DNA of 60,666 bases. Source: Candidatus Dorea gallistercoris (lineage in GTDB: Bacteria > Bacillota > Clostridia > Lachnospirales > Lachnospiraceae). The first letter of the stretch is position 1; the number at the start of each line of letters is the position of its first letter. The notes under the pieces were generated by a model. It searched no databases and was not told where the DNA came from. It was given only the letters and a program-made list of their open reading frames with translations. The DNA lies in assembly GCA_019114065.1 (NCBI GenBank), contig DXGF01000023.1, forward strand, positions 1-60,666, given 5' to 3'. Shown one piece after another: positions 55,143 through 60,666 of the stretch. The position numbers and the translations under genes are program-made.

Positions 55143-55427
55143 TTATTCAACCACTGCCAGGATATCATCCTGTTTTACAATGATATATTCTTCTTCGTCG
55201 ATCTCCACCGTTGTTCCGGCGTACTTAGAGTAGATCACCGTCTGTCCGGCTGTGATGTTCATCTTGACTTCTTTCCCGTCGATCACTCCGCCAGGTCCAA
55301 CGGCTACCACTTCCGCCTGCTGTGGTTTTTCTTTGGACTGTCCCGGGATCACGATCCCCGACTTCGTTGTCTCTTCCGCGACAAGCTGCTTCAATACGAC
55401 TCTGTCTCCCAATGGTACTAATTTCAT
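55143..55427 (-). CDS. groS: co-chaperonin GroES
   Basis: [27 protein letters not shown]. Confidence 0.99.
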   Translation of the reverse strand: MKLVPLGDRVVLKQLVAEETTKSGIVIPGQSKEKPQQAEVVAVGPGGVIDGKEVKMNITAGQTVIYSKYAGTTVEIDEEEYIIVKQDDILAVVE

Positions 55428-55463
55428 AATTTATGCCTCCTTAAACATCTATCTTCAGGGTTG

Positions 55464-55490
55464 TTAGCACTCATAAAAAGAGAGTGCTAA
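55464..55490. promoter_or_regulatory. CIRCE element (HrcA operator)
   Basis: Exact TTAGCACTC-N9-GAGTGCTAA. An additional half-site at 55509-55516 lies within the TTGACA promoter. Confidence 0.97.
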
Positions 55491-55543
55491 AAGACTCTAG
55501 ATATAAAATAGCACTCTCTGGTTCGTTTGTCAACATCCTTTAT

Positions 55544-55849
55544 TCACTTTACAAGATTTTTATAAAATCCGTTCTGGATATGGAACACGATCACCCTTCC
55601 CAGCTTATTCCAGTAACGTTCCCGGATCTGGCCCTCGCATCGAACCGTTTCCTCCTCGCCCTCAAGGACACAAGTGTACAGCGCATCCAGAGAAAAAACA
55701 GGCAGCTCCGTTTTCCCTGTCAGCAGATAGATCTTCTCCTTCTCCGGAATGTATGTGATCACCTTGCAGTGGTGGACCGTCTCATCGAAGAAACCGTCTT
55801 TTAAGATCATGCGTTCCATTTTTAATTTAGCGGAACAATCTTCATACAT
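55544..55849 (-). CDS. hypothetical protein
   Basis: 101 aa, GGAG RBS directly after codY. Confidence 0.7.
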   Translation of the reverse strand: MYEDCSAKLKMERMILKDGFFDETVHHCKVITYIPEKEKIYLLTGKTELPVFSLDALYTCVLEGEEETVRCEGQIRERYWNKLGRVIVFHIQNGFYKNLVK

Positions 55850-55860
55850 GATTCTTCTCC

Positions 55861-56643
55861 TCAGCTGTTTCTTTCCTTCTTGATCTGTTCCAGTTCTGTG
55901 AACACATAATCATTGACCACTTTGATGTAGGTCCCCTTCATACCGGAGGACCGGGACTCGATCACCCCGGCGCTCTCGAATTTCCGCAGGGCATTGACGA
56001 TCACCGAGCGGGTAATCCCCACTCTGTCCGCGATCTTGCTGGCCACCAGAATCCCCTCTGTCCCATCCAGTTCGTCAAAGATATGAATGATCGCCTCCAG
56101 CTCGGAATAGGACAGGGTACTGATCGCCGACTGCACAATATGTTCTTTTCTCGTTTCCTCTGCGCTCTCTTCATTGACGGACCGGAGCATCTCCAGCCCT
56201 ACCACCGTAGTTCCATATTCACTTAAGATGATGTCGTCAATCTCGTACATCTCGCCCAGTTTATAGATGAACAGTGTGCCCAGACGCTCTCCCGCGATCT
56301 CGATCGGCGTGATGATCGCCTGATAGCCCCGCACCGCTTCTTCTGAAAAGCCCAGCGTCTCCAGATTGACATTTTCTTTTGTGGAAAGAATGCTCAAAAG
56401 GCGCTCGTTCAACATTTCATCGATATGTTTTCCGACATCCTTTTCGATCAGTTCCTCGATATATGGAACTGTGTCGTATTTGCTTCCCCCGAGAATCTTT
56501 CCTTTTTTGCTTACTACAAATACATTTGAGTTCAATATTTCTGCCAAAACCGCACAGATGTCATTAAACACTACCTTACTCGAATTATTATTATGCAGTA
56601 ATTTGTTGATTTTTCTGGTTTTATCCAATAATTGTACGCTCAT
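55861..56643 (-). CDS. codY: global regulator CodY
   Basis: LLDKTRKIN, GERLGTL, LSYSELEA, ASKIADRVGITRSVIVNALRK. Confidence 0.98.
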   Translation of the reverse strand: MSVQLLDKTRKINKLLHNNNSSKVVFNDICAVLAEILNSNVFVVSKKGKILGGSKYDTVPYIEELIEKDVGKHIDEMLNERLLSILSTKENVNLETLGFSEEAVRGYQAIITPIEIAGERLGTLFIYKLGEMYEIDDIILSEYGTTVVGLEMLRSVNEESAEETRKEHIVQSAISTLSYSELEAIIHIFDELDGTEGILVASKIADRVGITRSVIVNALRKFESAGVIESRSSGMKGTYIKVVNDYVFTELEQIKKERNS

Positions 56644-56710
56644 TTGCATTCCTCCATCCTTTGAATGTAATGTTATCATACATTTTAGAAACATTCAACG
56701 GATTTATCAA

Positions 56711-58798
56711 TTATTTCTCTTCTTTTTCGGAATTTTCTTTATTTTCCACAAACCCGCACTGTTCATTACCGCAGCAAAGCTTATTTCCCTTCTCCACCAT
56801 GTAGGATCCGCACTTCGGACAATGTTCTTCGGAAGGTTTCTGCCAGGACATGAACTCACACTCCGGGTTCCCCTCGCAGCCATAGTATTTCCGGCCCTTT
56901 TTCGTCTTGCGCAGCACCACTTCTTTCCCGCAGAGCGGACATTTGACACCGATCTTCTCAAGATAGGGCTTGGTATTGCGGCATTCCGGGAATCCCGGAC
57001 AGGCCAGGAACTTTCCATGGGGTCCGTATTTGACTACCATATTCCGCCCACACTGATCGCAGATCACATCCGTGACTTCATCTTCAATCTTGACTGCCTG
57101 GAGTTCTTTTTCCGCTTTCTCCACGGCGGTCTCCAGGTCCGGATAGAAGTTCTCGATGATCGTCTTCCAATAGACTTTTCCTTCCGCCACGCCGTCCAAG
57201 AGCCCCTCCATATTGGCCGTGAAATTCACATCTACGATACTGGGGAAGGACTGCTTCATGATGTGATTCACAACCTCACCCAGTTCGGTCAGATAGAGAT
57301 TCCTGTTCTCCTTTGCCACATACCGCCTGGCGATGATGGTGGATATCGTCGGCGCGTAGGTGCTTGGCCGTCCGATCCCCAGTTCCTCCAGAGTCTTTAC
57401 CAGGGCCGCCTCGGTGTAATGGGCTGGAGGCTGAGTGAAATGCTGTTTCGCCTCGAAGTCTTCCCGGGTAAGCTCCATGCCTTTCTCCAGGCCTTTGAGC
57501 AGGACATTCTTCTCTTCCTTTTCTTCTCCTGCCTCTGTATATACCGTCCGGAACCCCTCAAACACGATCCTGGACGCCGCCACTGTAAACCGATAGTCTC
57601 CCGCCGCGATCCGCACGGAGGTAGTCTCATATCTGGCCGGCTGCATCCGGCTTGCCACAAATCGTTTCCAGATCAGCTGATAGAGGCGGAACTGATCCCT
57701 GGTCAAAGAGTCCTTTATCTGAGCCGGTGTACGGGTCACGTCCGTGGGGCGGATGGCCTCGTGGGCATCCTGGATCTTTTTGCCGTTCCCCGCGTTTCCG
57801 CCTCCCGGAGCGACAAATTCTCTGCCGTAATTTTCCCCGATATAGTTTCTCACACTGGCATCCGCTTCCTCGGAGATCCGGGTGGAGTCGGTACGCAGAT
57901 AGGTGATCACGCCCACCGTCCCATTTCCTTTGATGTCCACTCCTTCATAGAGCTGCTGGGCGATCCGCATGGTCTTTGCCGTGGCGAAATTCAGTGCCTT
58001 GGATGCTTCCTGCTGCAAAGTGCTGGTGGTAAAGGGCACCGGTGTCTTTTTGATCCGTTCTCCTTTTCTTACATCCTCCACATAATAGGAGACATCCTGA
58101 ATCTCTTCCAGGATCTGGTCCAGTTCCTCTTTTGAGGAAATGGTCATCTTCTTGTCCGCGGTGCCGTAGAATTTGGCAGTCACGCTCCTGCGCTCGCCGG
58201 GCGCTTTCAGCTGGGCGTCCAGGGTCCAGTATTCTTCCGGGATGAAGGCGCTGATCTCCTCTTCCCGGTCCGCGATGATCCGCAGAGCTACTGACTGGAC
58301 ACGACCGGCGCTCAGTCCCCGCTTTACCTTGGCCCACAAAAGGGGGCTGATCTTATATCCCACGATCCGGTCCAGCACCCGGCGGGCCTGCTGGGCATCC
58401 ACCAGATCCATATCGATATCCCTTGCGTTTTTCAGCGATTCTTTGACCGCGTTCTTAGTAATCTCATTAAAACTGATCCGATAGGTCTTCTTATCCTCCA
58501 GATTCAGCGCTTTGCTCAAGTGCCAGGAGATGGCCTCTCCTTCCCGGTCCGGGTCGGTAGCCAGATACACCTTATCTGCTTTCTTCACTTCTTTGCGCAG
58601 TCCAGCCAGCAGCTCGCCCTTTCCCCGGATCGTAATATATTTCGGCTCAAAATCATGTTCCACATCAACTCCCATCTGGCTTTTGGGAAGATCCCGCACA
58701 TGACCGTTGGATGCGGTGACGACATAGTTTTTCCCCAAAAATTTCTTTATGGTCTTGACCTTAGCCGGTGACTCCACGATTACAAGATAACGCGCCAT
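56711..58798 (-). CDS. topA: DNA topoisomerase I
   Basis: IVESPAK, ATDPDREGE, SAGRVQS, ITYLRTDS, C-terminal Zn ribbons. Confidence 0.98.
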   Translation of the reverse strand: MARYLVIVESPAKVKTIKKFLGKNYVVTASNGHVRDLPKSQMGVDVEHDFEPKYITIRGKGELLAGLRKEVKKADKVYLATDPDREGEAISWHLSKALNLEDKKTYRISFNEITKNAVKESLKNARDIDMDLVDAQQARRVLDRIVGYKISPLLWAKVKRGLSAGRVQSVALRIIADREEEISAFIPEEYWTLDAQLKAPGERRSVTAKFYGTADKKMTISSKEELDQILEEIQDVSYYVEDVRKGERIKKTPVPFTTSTLQQEASKALNFATAKTMRIAQQLYEGVDIKGNGTVGVITYLRTDSTRISEEADASVRNYIGENYGREFVAPGGGNAGNGKKIQDAHEAIRPTDVTRTPAQIKDSLTRDQFRLYQLIWKRFVASRMQPARYETTSVRIAAGDYRFTVAASRIVFEGFRTVYTEAGEEKEEKNVLLKGLEKGMELTREDFEAKQHFTQPPAHYTEAALVKTLEELGIGRPSTYAPTISTIIARRYVAKENRNLYLTELGEVVNHIMKQSFPSIVDVNFTANMEGLLDGVAEGKVYWKTIIENFYPDLETAVEKAEKELQAVKIEDEVTDVICDQCGRNMVVKYGPHGKFLACPGFPECRNTKPYLEKIGVKCPLCGKEVVLRKTKKGRKYYGCEGNPECEFMSWQKPSEEHCPKCGSYMVEKGNKLCCGNEQCGFVENKENSEKEEK

Positions 58799-58837
58799 AA
58801 AACCTGTATCCTCCATCCAGGACCCACCGCCTTTAGA

Positions 58838-59917
58838 TCAATGGATCCTTACATAATAATTCTTGGAAACCTCCCGAATATAGCCTTTCAGTTCCAACGC
58901 CATCAAAAGCCCCAGGAGTTCTCCAGGGGCGAAAGTCGTCTCAGCCAGAAGCTGGTCTATACTCTTTGGGAAGAAATCGAGACAACTATACAACATATTT
59001 TCGGGACTTTCAAGTATTTTTTTATTTTTGTCAGATTTTTGTCCGTTTCTTTCCACTAATCTTCCGATTTCATCCAGGAAATCCGCAGGGGACAGTAAGA
59101 GTCCCGCCCCCTGCTGGATCAACAGATGACAGCCCCGGCTTAAAGAGCTGGAAACAGGCCCTGGGAGGGCATATACATCTCTGCCCTGTTCCAGCGCCTG
59201 GTCTGCCGTGATCAAAGATCCGCTTTTCTCTCTGGCCTCCATGACCAGTATTTGATCCGCCAGTCCGCTGATGATGCGGTTGCGAACCGGGAAATGTGCC
59301 GGAAGAGGCGGGCTTCCCACGCTCAGTTCTGAGAGCAGGCCGCCGGTTCTCCAAAGATCTGTGTACAGACCGATGTGTTCTCTTGGGTAACAGATATCCA
59401 CCCCGCATCCAAGTACCGCAAACACCTCTCCTCCCCCATTCAGCGCTCCCCGCTGGGCGGAGCCGTCGATGCCTCTGGCCAGCCCGCTGATCACCTGGAC
59501 TCCTGCCCGGGCCAGTTCAAAACCAAACTCCATGGCCATCTGCTCCCCGTAAGGCGTACAGTTTCTGGCTCCCACGATCGCTGTCGAGGGCTGGTCGTCT
59601 CTGGGAATTTTCCCCTTCACATACAGAGCGTAGGGGGGAGAGGGAATCTCCCTTAGCCGCTTCGGATAGGATTCCAGGAAGTAAGGAACAAATCGGATTC
59701 CCGCCGCCTGCGCCTTTTGATAGCTTTCTTCCAGATTTCTGTCTTTTTTTGCCAGGATCAGGGCAGCCTGTTCTTTCTCATTTAATATCTCATTCTGTCC
59801 CAGTCTCTTTTCTTCTATATAATATATGTTCTTTCCGTTTCCGTAGTATTCTCTTAAACTGCGTTTTTTTGCTCCGGAAATCTCCCGGATGCCTGCAAGC
59901 CAATATTCGTAGATCAT
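58838..59917 (-). CDS. dprA: DNA processing protein DprA
   Basis: IVGAR, ISGLARGID, FPVRNRIISGL, SGSLITA, C-terminal winged helix. Confidence 0.96.
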   Translation of the reverse strand: MIYEYWLAGIREISGAKKRSLREYYGNGKNIYYIEEKRLGQNEILNEKEQAALILAKKDRNLEESYQKAQAAGIRFVPYFLESYPKRLREIPSPPYALYVKGKIPRDDQPSTAIVGARNCTPYGEQMAMEFGFELARAGVQVISGLARGIDGSAQRGALNGGGEVFAVLGCGVDICYPREHIGLYTDLWRTGGLLSELSVGSPPLPAHFPVRNRIISGLADQILVMEAREKSGSLITADQALEQGRDVYALPGPVSSSLSRGCHLLIQQGAGLLLSPADFLDEIGRLVERNGQKSDKNKKILESPENMLYSCLDFFPKSIDQLLAETTFAPGELLGLLMALELKGYIREVSKNYYVRIH

Positions 59918-59920
59918 AGA

Positions 59921-60666
59921 CTACCTCCCCCAATACTTCTTGTCCATCGTCCGGTATCCGATGGCTTCCATCAAGTGCCCTTCCCTGATCTTCTCTTCCC
60001 CTTCCAGGTCCGCGATGGTCCTGGCTACTTTCAAGATCTTGTGACAGGTCCTGGCGGTCAGCTGCATACGATCAAAAACCTTCTGCAGCAGCTCTTCCTC
60101 TTTGGACTCAAGAGGGCAGTACCGCTCCAGCTCCCGGGCTGTCTGCATCGCGTTGGTCCTTGCGCCGTCCCCCTGGTATCTCTCTTTCTGGATCTGGCGG
60201 GCCGCCAGGATCCGCCTGCGGATTTCCGCCGAGCTTTCTGCTTTCCTTGTCTCTCTCAGCGTCCGGTAGGGAAGACGGCTGGTCTCCGCGCAGATATCGA
60301 TCCGATCCAGCAGCGGCTGACTGATCCGCCCCAGATACTGCCGCACCTTGGCCGGCGTACAGGTACATTTCTCCAGATCCGGGTAATTTCCGCAGGGACA
60401 GGGATTCATGGCCGCCACCAGGATACAGTTGGCCGGGAACACATAATTTCCGTGACTTCTGGTGATCCGGATCTGGCCTTCTTCCAGGGGCTGCCGCAGC
60501 GTTTCCAGGACATTCCCCTGGAATTCCGCCAGCTCGTCCAGAAACAGGACCCCTCCATGGGCCAGGCTGATCTCCCCCGGCAGCGGGATGCCTCCCCCTC
60601 CTGCCAGGGCGCTCCTGGTAATGGTATGATGTACGCTCCGGAAGGGGCGCCCCGTGATCAGCGGCC
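59921..60666 (-). CDS. comM: YifB/ComM Mg-chelatase-like AAA+ ATPase; 5' end outside the window
   Basis: RPFRSVHH, GEISLAHGGVLFLDEL, AAMNPCPCG, LLDRID, VARTIADL; the frame stays open beyond the ORF-track call. Confidence 0.94.
   Translation of the reverse strand, partial: PLITGRPFRSVHHTITRSALAGGGGIPLPGEISLAHGGVLFLDELAEFQGNVLETLRQPLEEGQIRITRSHGNYVFPANCILVAAMNPCPCGNYPDLEKCTCTPAKVRQYLGRISQPLLDRIDICAETSRLPYRTLRETRKAESSAEIRRRILAARQIQKERYQGDGARTNAMQTARELERYCPLESKEEELLQKVFDRMQLTARTCHKILKVARTIADLEGEEKIREGHLMEAIGYRTMDKKYWGR

Noticed and set aside
56366-58135. 589-aa plus-strand ORF
   Set aside because: Antisense to topA and codY; the His/Phe/Leu-rich composition is typical of shadow frames.

Overview
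This window is mostly core chromosome of a spore-forming Clostridia bacterium; gene content and protein style suggest Lachnospiraceae (inference). Nearly all genes lie on the minus strand. From right to left it holds comM/yifB-dprA-topA-codY, groESL with a CIRCE element, guaB, a GH2 beta-galactosidase with galM, a chorismate mutase-shikimate kinase fusion, efp, tRNA-Arg(CCG), azlCD, htrA and glyA. Then come cotJABC, a type III restriction-modification pair, a decayed fba, pflB under a ZMP/ZTP riboswitch, the dcw cluster (mraZ to ftsZ), spoIIGA-sigE, sigG, pth, mfd and a prsA-like gene. Accessory material is limited to two items. One is the type III R-M cassette, whose stop codon overlaps the first surviving codons of a pseudogenised fba. 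The other is an ABC/AAA_21-type ATPase at the left edge that the ORF track missed. The most unusual non-coding signal is two copies of a loop-less perfect palindrome (46 and 52 bp) with fully compensated substitutions, each just upstream of a sigmaA-type promoter. There are also two multi-hairpin intergenic elements and an attenuator-like glyA leader. I cannot demonstrate a clearly novel multi-gene system from sequence alone. Family assignments come from motif recognition, not database searches.
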